A stretch of DNA of 64,000 bases from Candidatus Hermodarchaeota archaeon (GTDB lineage: Archaea; Asgardarchaeota; Lokiarchaeia; Sigyniarchaeales; SOKP01), in NCBI GenBank assembly GCA_048885925.1, contig JBHLLG010000008.1, positions 22,207-86,206 of the forward strand. Direction: 5' to 3'. The translations under genes were made by a program, and so were the position numbers. Below the pieces are notes generated by a model. It was not told where the DNA came from. It saw only the letters and a program-made list of their open reading frames with translations, and did not search any database. This document shows, in pieces, positions 8,950 through 19,692 of the stretch; within the stretch, counting starts at the first letter, position 1; each line of letters begins with the position of its first letter.

Positions 8950-10665
8950 ATGGAAAGAAAAACTTTAGCGATAGGAATAATTGTAATTGTCGCAATTGCA
9001 GGAGGCGCTATTGGTGCTGTAGTATATTTCATGACAGCTGCACCAGGCGCAGGTGAAATAACTGTTTCTGCTGGTCAGATGTATCTTCCCTTTACCATTG
9101 ATCCACAGGATGGTTGGGACAGCGCTTCTAATAATGTCATGATTAATATTGTAGAAGGGTTGTTTATGTATGATTATTCTGATCCCGCTTTACCAAAAAT
9201 ACCTATGCTTGCTGCAGGTTTTGGTACTTGGGATGTAACTAATACAGAATATACCGTTAATCTCAAAACGGGCGTTAAATTCCATGATGGTGCTGATTTT
9301 GACGCAGATGCCGTTGTATTTACTTTTGATAGAATGGAATGGTTGTATAACTTTACTGGGCTTAATACAGGATACGTCCCAGACGTATATGAGTTATATG
9401 AATTCCCAGATTATACTCCAATCATAGATGATGTTGTTAAAGTCGATGCCGACACCGTAAGATTTGAATTGAGTGCCCCTTTTGCCCCATTCGAGGATTT
9501 ATTATGTTATGTTGCTTCATCAATATTATCACCCGACTATTATAATATAACAGGTGGTATTGTTGAACTTGATGGTGATATCGTTGGAACTGGTCCTTTT
9601 GTATACGATTCCTACGAGGAGGATGTTGAAGTCGTTATGCATGCTTTTGCCAATTATCATAGGGGCAAGGCCCAAATTGATAACTTAATCTATGTGGGAA
9701 TTATTACAGCAACCGCTAGAAATGCAGCTTTATTATCCGGTGATATTCAATACTTATATTCTCCTATGGATGAGATGTGGGAGATCTTCAATTTAACTGC
9801 TGGCATTACTCTATGGGCAGAAAGAAGATCCTCAGGTGTTCAATACTTAGCAATGAATAATGTGCAGATAGATAGAGATTGGAGAGAAGTAATTTCTTAT
9901 GCTTTTGATTATGACTATCTTATTGATGAAATAAGATATGGTCATGCCTCCAGATTGGATTCTCCTATTGGATACGGTATCAAGTACTACAATGGCACGC
10001 ATCCAAAAGCTGTTTATAACCTTACCCATGCAAGATTAAAAATGCAATCAATGGGTTATGGAGGAGGCTTTAATGTAAGCGAAGATGATCAGTGGCTCCT
10101 ACAAGCAGCCACTTCTCCATTTAGATCCCTTAACTACTCTTATAATATCGGTAATGAAATTCGAGAAGCGGTGTTCACGATGTTAATTGACAATCTCGCA
10201 AAGGTTGGAATTAGAGTAACGGATGCTGGGAGCACTTGGAGTATTGTACTCCAAAAAATCTATGAGTTAGGAGGTTATACCAGGAATCATTTGCAGCTAT
10301 TATTTGTTGGGTGGGGTGCTGATTATAACGATCCCATGAACTTTATTAATCCATTGTTCACCAATAGATCCGTAGCTTCTAACGGTTGTCAATATAACGG
10401 GTATACAGAAGCAACAGCTGCGGGTAGAGACCCACTTCTCCTCAACGATAACGTCCAGCTTTTAATGGAAACGGCTTTATCAACACCTGACGGACCTGTA
10501 AGAGAAGCAATGTATGATAGAATGCAAGAGCTTTTACTTGAGGATATGCCCTGGTGTTTTGCTTATTCCGGTCAAGGACCAGCCTGGGCTCACGACTCTA
10601 ACTTAATGGACATCCCATATAATGTTATGGGCAATTTGTATTTCTATCCTGTACATTATGCGTAA
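8950..10665 (+). CDS. Peptide/nickel ABC transporter substrate-binding protein (family 5)
   Basis: N-terminal anchor, VKFHDGADFDADAVVFT, VGTGPF, GWGADYNDP motifs. Confidence 0.9.
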   Translation: MERKTLAIGIIVIVAIAGGAIGAVVYFMTAAPGAGEITVSAGQMYLPFTIDPQDGWDSASNNVMINIVEGLFMYDYSDPALPKIPMLAAGFGTWDVTNTEYTVNLKTGVKFHDGADFDADAVVFTFDRMEWLYNFTGLNTGYVPDVYELYEFPDYTPIIDDVVKVDADTVRFELSAPFAPFEDLLCYVASSILSPDYYNITGGIVELDGDIVGTGPFVYDSYEEDVEVVMHAFANYHRGKAQIDNLIYVGIITATARNAALLSGDIQYLYSPMDEMWEIFNLTAGITLWAERRSSGVQYLAMNNVQIDRDWREVISYAFDYDYLIDEIRYGHASRLDSPIGYGIKYYNGTHPKAVYNLTHARLKMQSMGYGGGFNVSEDDQWLLQAATSPFRSLNYSYNIGNEIREAVFTMLIDNLAKVGIRVTDAGSTWSIVLQKIYELGGYTRNHLQLLFVGWGADYNDPMNFINPLFTNRSVASNGCQYNGYTEATAAGRDPLLLNDNVQLLMETALSTPDGPVREAMYDRMQELLLEDMPWCFAYSGQGPAWAHDSNLMDIPYNVMGNLYFYPVHYA

Positions 10666-11436
10666 ATAACATCATTGAAAAAATAAATTATTAAATCCTA
10701 TTTTTTTCTTTTTTAATATTTTTCATGTTTTTCTTAAGGAAATTATGAACTTTCTCAATCTGTAAAATTATTATCGTGCAAATAGTAAAATGCATAAGTA
10801 AAATTCTATTTTGATCTATTTACAACAATAGTTTTTAAGATTTAATTGGTATGTGTTTTAATGAAAATTATACGAATTAAATTATGAAGAATCGATGTCA
10901 TGACTTTTTTAAAGATTAATTAATTAAAATTATACTTTTGGATAACAGAAATGATTTTTCTATATTTTATTTGAAAAAATCCAGAAATAGCTAAATCTTG
11001 ATCTTATGCATAACAAACCATTTCAATACTCAAAATTCAAAATAGAGAGATATTAAATAGAATAAATTCTTAGAAAAAATTTATTCGGAATAAAAGTTGA
11101 AGGTTAAAATCGGTATTCTATATTTAAAAAAGTTTTAAAAAAATTAAGATTTAATATGGAATTATATTAAAAAATTAGAACATCAAATAAGATAATCTCA
11201 ATAAAAAAGTAAAGAATAATCTCATAAAACCTCTATTATGCTGTAAAATTTAAAGTCACACAGTTAATATTTTTATATATATTTAAAAGACTGTTTATAT
11301 GGATGAGTTCAATGTCCCGTTAATTTAACAATATTATTATTCAATAGAATACTTTATAAAGGATCACTCTAGATATTGTTATTAATTGTCTCCCAAAAAC
11401 TTTTAAATTACAAGAAATTGGTTTATATAGGGTATT

Positions 11437-11889
11437 ATGAAACTTAAAATTGAATTAAGTAGGCAAGGTAATCTAATTTTAGCAATATTATTGATTCATT
11501 TTGTATTTTTTGGATATATATGTAATATCTTTGAAAAAGCAGCCGGGGAAAGATTGTTATATTTGCATAAAATTTTATTCGATCCAGATGCATTTTTAGC
11601 ACCATTATTTCTTTTTGCTATAGTATTTTTTATGGTCTTTCGAGAAAAATTCTTCGAATATGGAATTAGAAATAGTATTTGGCTTACTCCCATTGTTATT
11701 GGACAATCATGGGTATGGATGTGGTTTATCGTTGGATTTGATATTACTCTAATTGGTGAATTTTTTACCCATCTTGACGGTTATATTACGATTTTTACGA
11801 TCTTAGGTTTAAACCTGTTATCTGGGATTTTGGGAGCAATAACTAGACAAAAGTACGAAGAATACCTTCAAGAAATTAAAAAAATCTAA
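11437..11889 (+). CDS. Hypothetical 4-TM membrane protein leading the ABC permease operon
   Basis: 150-aa hydrophobic ORF ending 25 nt before the DppB-like gene. Confidence 0.7.
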   Translation: MKLKIELSRQGNLILAILLIHFVFFGYICNIFEKAAGERLLYLHKILFDPDAFLAPLFLFAIVFFMVFREKFFEYGIRNSIWLTPIVIGQSWVWMWFIVGFDITLIGEFFTHLDGYITIFTILGLNLLSGILGAITRQKYEEYLQEIKKI

Positions 11890-11914
11890 AATTACATTGG
11901 AGAGAAGATAAATT

Positions 11915-12928
11915 ATGAGTATGATTAAATACATCATCAGAAGGACCCTGCAATTATTACCTGTATTGTTTGGTGCAATTACATTAACTTTTATTCTTTC
12001 AAGATTGTTGCCAGGAGATCCCGTTTTAGCTCATCTTGGTAGGGTTTTTACACAAGAACAGTATGATTATCAGTTGAGATTACTGGGTCTTGATAGACCA
12101 ATTTTGGAGCAATATTTTCTTTACTTGGGGCGGTTATTTACTGGTGATTGGGGAGTATCCAGTCAATATAGAGGTATCCCAGTATGGGATATTGTTACAG
12201 AACGGTTTTTTAGAACTTTTGATATCGCGTTATTCTCAGTTATCATCGCATCTATCTTAGGGATTAAGACGGGTGTAATTTCAGCAACCCACCGAAATAA
12301 GGCTAAAGATACCTTCTTACGGGGATTTGCTCTGGTTGGAGTTTCTATTCCCGTATTTTGGATGGGAATGTTGTTTCAATACCTTCTCACTTGGCAAATC
12401 AAGCTGTTTCCAGCAATTGGCTACAAGACTTCAGGTATAGGAGATCCTCCCAGTATTACTAATTTCAGAATAATTGATTGTCTCTTATCAGGAAATATCC
12501 ATATGCTTATAGATTATATCGAGCATTTAATTTTACCAGTATTATGTTTAACAATTATAACACTGGCATCTATCACGAGACAAACCCGGTCGAGTATGCT
12601 CGAAGTCTTGGAACAGGATTATGTAAGAACTGCTAGGGCAAAAGGATGTAAGGAAAAGGATGTAATCAATACACATGCACGAAAAAATGCGCTCATACCA
12701 ACAATGACGATTATAGGATTAAACTTTGGAGGTTTATTAGGGGGTGCTGTTCTTACGGAATCTACTTTTAATTTGCATGGAATGGGGGAGTTGTTAATCA
12801 TTGCCATTACGAATGTCGATTATTGGATATTAAATGGAATTGTATTTATAACAACGCTTGTTTTTATCATTATAAATTTAGGGATTGATGTCCTGTATGG
12901 AATTATTGACCCACGAATAAGGTATTAA
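11915..12928 (+). CDS. Peptide ABC transporter permease (DppB/OppB-like)
   Basis: LPGDP, GLDRP..QY, RSSMLEVLEQDYVRTARAKG, IDPRIRY. Confidence 0.92.
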   Translation: MSMIKYIIRRTLQLLPVLFGAITLTFILSRLLPGDPVLAHLGRVFTQEQYDYQLRLLGLDRPILEQYFLYLGRLFTGDWGVSSQYRGIPVWDIVTERFFRTFDIALFSVIIASILGIKTGVISATHRNKAKDTFLRGFALVGVSIPVFWMGMLFQYLLTWQIKLFPAIGYKTSGIGDPPSITNFRIIDCLLSGNIHMLIDYIEHLILPVLCLTIITLASITRQTRSSMLEVLEQDYVRTARAKGCKEKDVINTHARKNALIPTMTIIGLNFGGLLGGAVLTESTFNLHGMGELLIIAITNVDYWILNGIVFITTLVFIIINLGIDVLYGIIDPRIRY

Positions 12929-12969
12929 TTAATAATTAAAATAGATAAAATGAGATATGTGAAAAAGTT

Positions 12970-13983
12970 ATGAAACAAACAAAAGAACAAGAATATAAAG
13001 TAGAATTAGAACTAGAAGAAAGAAAAGAACAAGGTATTATAATTAGTACTCTCTCATGGATTATCCATAATCTGAAATTTCTTTTTATACCGGGTTATAG
13101 GCTAGAAGAATTATCTATTCGGGAATTTGAATATGAAAAAACGATAAGTAAAAGAAAGTTTATACGACGATTAAAATCTCCATTAACCATATTAGGAATT
13201 TTAATTGTTTTTACGATCTCAACTTTTGCCGTGTTCCCGGAATGGCTTTCTCAATATACATTTGAACAAGCTAATGGTGTATTTTATGGTGCATGGCAGC
13301 CTGCCTCCTCAGGACACCCCCTCGGTACCACGGATTTTGGACGCGACATTTTAGCACGGCTCATTTATGGGGCAAGAGCTTCTTTGACAATTGCTTTACC
13401 GTCTATTGCTTTTAGTGTGGTTATTGGTGTTATCTTTGGAGTTATTTCCGGATATTACGGAGGATGGGTCGATTCATTAATAATGAGAATTATGGATATC
13501 TTCCTTGCGTTTCCGGGTTTGATCCTTGCTCTTGTATTTGTCGCAATTTGGGGCCCAAGGATGGAATATATAATGCTAGCTTTTGGAATTCTTGGTGTGC
13601 CCTATTATTCACGATTAATTCGAGGAGTTGTATTGCAAGCGCGAGAATTACCTTATATTGAAGCCGCAAGAACATCGGGATCAGGAAATTGGAGAATAAT
13701 GTTTAGACATATCCTTCCAAATACTATACAACCTATTATTATTTCTCTTACATTTAATATTGGTGGGATCATTTTGAGTTTAGCGGGTCTTGCCTTCTTG
13801 GGTTATAGTGATATCAGATTAATTGAATGGGGAAATGATATAAATGATGCACGGCTCCATTTATATGATGCTCCCTGGGCAGCGCTCTGGCCTGGTTTTA
13901 TGATCCTAATTGCTGTACTTGGTTTCATGTTAGTTGGTGATGGATTAAGGGATGCGTTAGATCCGAGATTGAAAAATTTATAA
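12970..13983 (+). CDS. Peptide ABC transporter permease (DppC/OppC-like)
   Basis: HPLGTTDFGRD, YIEAARTSG (EAA motif), GDGLRDALDP. Confidence 0.92.
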   Translation: MKQTKEQEYKVELELEERKEQGIIISTLSWIIHNLKFLFIPGYRLEELSIREFEYEKTISKRKFIRRLKSPLTILGILIVFTISTFAVFPEWLSQYTFEQANGVFYGAWQPASSGHPLGTTDFGRDILARLIYGARASLTIALPSIAFSVVIGVIFGVISGYYGGWVDSLIMRIMDIFLAFPGLILALVFVAIWGPRMEYIMLAFGILGVPYYSRLIRGVVLQARELPYIEAARTSGSGNWRIMFRHILPNTIQPIIISLTFNIGGIILSLAGLAFLGYSDIRLIEWGNDINDARLHLYDAPWAALWPGFMILIAVLGFMLVGDGLRDALDPRLKNL

Positions 13984-14048
13984 AAATATTTTTTTTTAAC
14001 TATATTTTTTAACTATATATAATTATTACTATTAGTGGAAAGAAGAAA

Positions 14049-15329
14049 ATGAATCTCGCTGAAAAAGAGAAAGTTATGAATCAAAACAATTCAAATAACC
14101 AAACGGACGCAAGCAAAATGAGTTCTTCAGGAATACTGCTTGAGATTAAAAACCTAAAAACAAATTTTTTTACAGAAGAAGGCGTAGTTAAAGCAGTAGA
14201 TGGAATTTCATTTAATTTGTATGAAGATGAAGTTCTTGGTCTTGTTGGTGAAACTGGATGTGGAAAATCTGTTACTGCTTTATCTATTTTACGTCTAGTA
14301 AGAGCACCAGGAAAAATTGTTGATGGAATTATTAAATTTAATGGTATCAATTTGTTGGATTTATCTAAAGAACAAATGAGAGAATATCGTGGTAACAATA
14401 TTACGATGATTTTTCAAGATCCTTTGAATTCTCTTAATCCTGTTCTTCAAGTTGGAAGACAAGTGTCAGAAGTCTTCTTATTGCACCAAAAAGACAGGCT
14501 TACACAGATTAGAGAAGAACGCCTTTTGGAAAGAGAAAAAATGATTGAAGAATTAAAACAATTAGAGTTAGATTTTAAAGAGAAAAAGGCAAGTCTTACA
14601 GAAGAAGAAAAGGAAAATTTTCAACAAAATCTAAAAGAACGTAAAGAAAAAATACCAGGGAAACCAACTTTAAAAAGAATAGCTTTAGAATTGTCCGAGG
14701 ATATCATTAAGGAAGTAGGAATTGCCGATGCTAAAGGCATCTTAAAGAGGTATCCACATGAACTAAGTGGTGGTATGAGACAACGTGTGATGATTTCAAT
14801 GGCACTCTCTTGCAATCCCCAACTTTTAATTTGTGATGAGCCAACAACGGCTTTAGATGTAACTATCCAAGCTCAAATTCTTGATCTAATAAAAGTTTTA
14901 AAGCGGAAGTTTAGAACATCTGTTCTCATGATTACACATGATTTAGGAATTATTGCTGAATTGTGTGATAGAGTAGCTGTTATGTATAGTGGAAATATTG
15001 TAGAATATGCAACAGCAGAAGAACTATTTAAAAAACCTCGTCACCCCTATACTATTGGACTTATTGGGGCAATTCCTAGTATTGAAAAGAAAAATCAAGA
15101 ATTACAAACAATCCGGGGAATGGTACCAAATTTAATTTATCCTCCATCTGGTTGTAGATTTCACCCGAGATGTGATGAACGTTTGGAAATTTGTGATAAG
15201 GTGAAACCTAGATTTATAGAAATTGAAAATAAATATTTTATAGCATGTCATTTATTTGATAAAAAGTATAAAGATTCTCCAAAATATCAATGGAAAAAAT
15301 CTGAGAAAGAAACTACGCTTTTTGTATAA
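14049..15329 (+). CDS. Peptide ABC transporter ATPase (DppD-like) with coiled-coil insertion
   Basis: GETGCGKS, YPHELSGGMRQR, DEPTTALD, C-terminal GCRFHPRC domain. Confidence 0.92.
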   Translation: MNLAEKEKVMNQNNSNNQTDASKMSSSGILLEIKNLKTNFFTEEGVVKAVDGISFNLYEDEVLGLVGETGCGKSVTALSILRLVRAPGKIVDGIIKFNGINLLDLSKEQMREYRGNNITMIFQDPLNSLNPVLQVGRQVSEVFLLHQKDRLTQIREERLLEREKMIEELKQLELDFKEKKASLTEEEKENFQQNLKERKEKIPGKPTLKRIALELSEDIIKEVGIADAKGILKRYPHELSGGMRQRVMISMALSCNPQLLICDEPTTALDVTIQAQILDLIKVLKRKFRTSVLMITHDLGIIAELCDRVAVMYSGNIVEYATAEELFKKPRHPYTIGLIGAIPSIEKKNQELQTIRGMVPNLIYPPSGCRFHPRCDERLEICDKVKPRFIEIENKYFIACHLFDKKYKDSPKYQWKKSEKETTLFV

Positions 15330-15398
15330 AATTGGAAAATATATTTATTTAATAAAAAGAAAAATCAAGTAGAAATAAAAAATATAGGTATAAAAAAC

Positions 15399-16685
15399 AT
15401 GATGAAATCTGAGAAAAAGAATCGAGTTGTTCTTAGAGTAAAAAATCTTAAGACATACTACCCTATTTTAGGTGGGCTCTTTAGACGCACAATTGGATAT
15501 GTTAAAGCGGTAGATGGAGTTACTTTTAATCTCTATAAGCAAGAAACACTTGGTCTAGTTGGAGAAAGTGGATGTGGTAAAACTTCAATTGGAAACACAA
15601 TTTTAAATATTGTTCCAGCTACTTCAGGAGAAATTACATATGAAAATAGAGTTATTGTTAGTGGAAGCGATCAGAAAAAAGAAAGAATACTACATCTAAG
15701 AAATGAAAGTAGTTTTAAGCATATTATATTTATACCAATTTATCGCTTTCTGAGTGGGCTAATTAATTACTTAAAACCAGGTATTAAGAAAATTTATCGA
15801 ATTACCCGGGATTATCTCGCAAGAAAATATCCATCATTAAAAAATATGTTCATTGAAATAACATCCATATTTAAACAAAATTATCGTAATTACTTAAAAA
15901 TTGAACGTCCTTATAATAAAGATTTACATAAAAAGATTCAAGTTGTATTTCAAGATCCTGATGCTTCTTTAAATCCTCGATGGAGAGTGGTTAACATAAT
16001 CGGTGAACCTCTTCGAATTTTGGTAAAAATGAGAAAAAGAAAAAACATTCGTAAACGCGTTCTGGAAGTTTTAGAAACAGTTTCAATGAAATTGGAACAT
16101 TTAGATCGATATCCACATGAATTCTCTGGCGGTCAAAAACAAAGAATTGTAATAGCTAGAGCTCTTGCATGTAATCCTGAAATAATTATTTTAGATGAAC
16201 CAACTTCCGCTCTCGATGTATCAGTTCAAGCCCAGATTTTGAATTTATTAAAAAAACTTCAAAAAAAATTTAATTTGTCTTTTCTATTTATTACCCATGA
16301 TCTAAGTGTAATACAACATATAGCAGATAGAATTGCAGTAATGTATCTTGGTAAATTTGTAGAGACTGGAACCATTGAAGAAGTTTTTTACAATCCAACA
16401 CATCCATATACTAAGGCACTGTTATCAGCTCGACCTACATTCGATCCGAGCTCAAAACGAAGTAGAATAATATTAAAAGGCGATGTACCAAGTCCGATAA
16501 ATCCTCCAATAGGGTGTCCTTTTAATCCTAGATGTCAAGAAAAAGATAAACACGTTGGATGTGGTATTGACCAACCAAGAAAAATACATCTTGGGGGAGA
16601 ACACTACATGTATTGCTTACCGTTAAAAGAAGAAAAACCCTCATATGAAGGAAGAGAATTTATCTCGGATACTTGGCAAACTTAA
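15399..16685 (+). CDS. Peptide ABC transporter ATPase (DppF-like) with insertion
   Basis: GESGCGKT, YPHEFSGGQKQR, DEPTSALDVS, GCPFNPRC. Confidence 0.92.
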   Translation: MMKSEKKNRVVLRVKNLKTYYPILGGLFRRTIGYVKAVDGVTFNLYKQETLGLVGESGCGKTSIGNTILNIVPATSGEITYENRVIVSGSDQKKERILHLRNESSFKHIIFIPIYRFLSGLINYLKPGIKKIYRITRDYLARKYPSLKNMFIEITSIFKQNYRNYLKIERPYNKDLHKKIQVVFQDPDASLNPRWRVVNIIGEPLRILVKMRKRKNIRKRVLEVLETVSMKLEHLDRYPHEFSGGQKQRIVIARALACNPEIIILDEPTSALDVSVQAQILNLLKKLQKKFNLSFLFITHDLSVIQHIADRIAVMYLGKFVETGTIEEVFYNPTHPYTKALLSARPTFDPSSKRSRIILKGDVPSPINPPIGCPFNPRCQEKDKHVGCGIDQPRKIHLGGEHYMYCLPLKEEKPSYEGREFISDTWQT

Positions 16686-17175
16686 TTATTCACAATATTT
16701 TTGATTTAACTTTTTCTTTTTACATTCGCATTATTAATTCTAGCAAATAAGATATCTCGAAGATTTAATCTTTTTCTATTTTATTAGCTATAGTTATATT
16801 CAATAGCTAAAAAATTCTATCGCCTTAAGAACATTAGTATAAAATTCACAGAATCGGATTATCTTGACTAAATTTAAATTTCTAATAAAGATTTATTAAA
16901 TATAGGAGAATAAAATAAGTGTGAGGTTTAAATTGAGAATTACGTATTTTTTGATGAAGAGATTTATCCTGATAAACATAAAAGAAATTCAGTCTTTAAA
17001 CTTAAAGAATGGAATTATTCTAGATCTTTGGGCTTCTAATATCTATAATAGGTTTAGATCTAAAAAAAATTGTATAACAACAAAATGTTCTTTTTATATA
17101 TTACAATAATCTTGATATATTATATTAAATTTAGAGAATTAAATTAGGACAACTTTAATAATAAAAAGCAATAGG

Positions 17176-18432
17176 ATGGATATTTCAGATTTAAAATTAC
17201 ATAATAATAAAGAGACAATAGGACATATAAATTATTTAGTTTTTGAGCGTATAGCAGGAACAAAAGGAGAATCTAAAGCAATCAACTACATTCAAAAAGA
17301 ATTAAATAAAGAAAATATAGAAAATAAAGTTGAATCCTTTAATTGGTCTAGTACGATTAATATTTTAGTAAAATCTATAATTATTTTCGTATTTGGTACA
17401 TCTGTTCTTTATGAGATATTTATCTGGTTGAAAATTTTATGGTTTATGATTATTCTTGATTTAACTTTTATTGTAATAACATATATTCTTTTCATAAATT
17501 TTCATGACATGACCCGGTTAATTTTAATTGGTAGAGCCAAAAAATCCAAAAACATCATAACTAATATCTCAGCAGTGGAAAAAAAAAAAAACCGCCCTGC
17601 CATTATTTTTACTGCTCATTATGATTCCTTATCTTCAAATTATCCATATAATGTAAAAAGATATTATTATCTAATAGTAATAATTATTGGTTTTTCCTAT
17701 ATTACTTCCACACTGATTTTTTCCATTTGGACAGTTCTAACATATTTTTCCGACAATTTTGTTACTGAATTATATACTTTATTATTGGATAAATCAATCG
17801 ATTTTTCCTATGTGTCATTTTTATTTTTGCTTATTTCGAGTGCTATACTTCTATACAATAGGGAACGAAATCAATCGCTTGGTTCAATTGATAACGCTAG
17901 TGGTATTTCAATCCTAATTGAGCTCGCGAAAATTTTAAACAAAGATCCTCCCAAAAATATAGATATTCTATTCTTATGGTGCGGAGCTGAAGAATGGGGT
18001 TTATGGGGGTCTAAACAATTCTGTCTAATGCATTTTGACGAATTGAATGAGGAATATGATCTTGATAAATCTTATAACATCAATATTGATATGGTAGGGA
18101 CGAATATCGGATTAATAAATAAAACGGGTTTATTTAAGAAAAGAAAAGGAAATGAAAAATTGATTAATGTTATAGAAACTTCAGCAAAAAGATTAAATAT
18201 ACCTTTAGATAAGCAGAATTTAACTATCGAACCAAGAAGCGATCACAATTCATTTCGATCATTTGCTAAAAAAGAAAAAAAAAAAATGCAGGTTTGTTGT
18301 TTTCTATCAAATAAAGATTCAAAATTCATTCATACATCGCGAGACACTCCAAATAAATGCTCATCCAAAAACCTTAATGGTTGTTTAGCTATTTGTTATA
18401 ATACGATTAAAAGTTTAGATTTACAATCATAA
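17176..18432 (+). CDS. M28-family peptidase with inserted TM hairpins
   Basis: AHYDS, DNASG, GAEEWGLWGS, NIDMVG, SDH, IHT..D motifs. Confidence 0.85.
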   Translation: MDISDLKLHNNKETIGHINYLVFERIAGTKGESKAINYIQKELNKENIENKVESFNWSSTINILVKSIIIFVFGTSVLYEIFIWLKILWFMIILDLTFIVITYILFINFHDMTRLILIGRAKKSKNIITNISAVEKKKNRPAIIFTAHYDSLSSNYPYNVKRYYYLIVIIIGFSYITSTLIFSIWTVLTYFSDNFVTELYTLLLDKSIDFSYVSFLFLLISSAILLYNRERNQSLGSIDNASGISILIELAKILNKDPPKNIDILFLWCGAEEWGLWGSKQFCLMHFDELNEEYDLDKSYNINIDMVGTNIGLINKTGLFKKRKGNEKLINVIETSAKRLNIPLDKQNLTIEPRSDHNSFRSFAKKEKKKMQVCCFLSNKDSKFIHTSRDTPNKCSSKNLNGCLAICYNTIKSLDLQS

Positions 18433-18688
18433 TTAAAAGAAAAAAATTTAGAATCTCTAGTATTTAATTTTAGAATTGTTAATTAGATATTTTTAATAAT
18501 CTTCCATTTAACTCGTTTATTTTTTAGTCTATAACCCTAATTTAAACTATTTGTAAATCTTAGTTACACAAAGGTAATGTTTTGAATTTTAAATATATGG
18601 AACTGAAATAACTTAAATTGAAAAATAATATTAAGAGGCTTTATCTATAATCATTTTTTTATTACTTGAAAAACTGTAAATAATAGGA

Positions 18689-19183
18689 CTACCAAACCAT
18701 AGGAACACGATAATCTGGAAAGATAGCTTGGTAAATTGCTAAAAAAGCTATTAAAATCACTATTAATAATATAATAAGAATTATTAATCCTTTAATATCG
18801 CTTGGAGAAAATCGAACTTTTGTTTTAACTTTATATTTAGGTGTTGCTATTTTTTGAATAAGCCACTTTTTATAAGATTTTGTTGGTTTACCATCCTTTA
18901 ATGGATTTTCACCTGATGAATTTTTAAAATATTCTTGAATTTCAGCTGTATTTACGGCATCACATGCCTTTTTAATTAATATTCTATTGCTAATAAAATC
19001 AAAACTTGAAAAACAAATAACTATAATAGGTATGGATATATACCAATAAAATACTACAAACAATACAAAACGAATCACATAATAATAATAAAATGTAGCT
19101 AAAGCGATTAAAAAAATCATTACAGCAATAAAGATAAAACATTTAACATCTTCCTTATTTGGTAAAGGTATGTGATTTAGCAT
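18689..19183 (-). CDS. Hypothetical membrane protein
   Basis: 164-aa ORF with 3 hydrophobic segments; no recognised family. Confidence 0.6.
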   Translation of the reverse strand: MLNHIPLPNKEDVKCFIFIAVMIFLIALATFYYYYVIRFVLFVVFYWYISIPIIVICFSSFDFISNRILIKKACDAVNTAEIQEYFKNSSGENPLKDGKPTKSYKKWLIQKIATPKYKVKTKVRFSPSDIKGLIILIILLIVILIAFLAIYQAIFPDYRVPMVW

Positions 19184-19692
19184 TTTCTGAAATTTCGATT
19201 TTTAAATGATTTATATTTAATAATTTTTTATTTAATTATTTATTTTTTTATTTTAAAGAATAAAAAGTTAATCAGTAAAAATACTAATTTTCCCGATATT
19301 ATGAATTTAATAAACCAATAAAATTTATTGTCAGCATTCAACAGATATTTATGTTATTTATTTAATGTAATCTTTATTGAGGAAAATAATAAATAACATA
19401 TTAAATACGATTGCCTTGTCTATCTAACGAGACTCAGGATTATTAGTAAGATTTACATTAGATTTCGTTTAAAAATCAACCTTTTTTTTCTTCTGGATGT
19501 AAATTTATTTGATCTTAACAAAATATTGAAAAATTGTAGTTGATATAATTAATAAGGTGAAATCACAACTAGAATTGCAGATTGGTATTTTTTTATGAAA
19601 TAAATACAGCCTGCACTAAACTTCCTATTATATAAGTAGTTTTAGCAATAAACTCCATTCTTTTTATTATTAAAAGGTTATTTATCTCAAAT

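Noticed and set aside
10666-11436. Long intergenic gap in the ABC locus
   Set aside because: Very AT-rich; no credible ORF, repeat or structure found by eye
16921-17109. 62-aa ORF and an overlapping alternate-frame fragment
   Set aside because: No motif and AT-rich; at best a gene remnant
19537-19615. Two weak hairpins (TAGTTG/CAACTA; TGCAG..CTGCA) in an intergenic gap
   Set aside because: Short AT-rich stems with no recognisable RNA family or second copy
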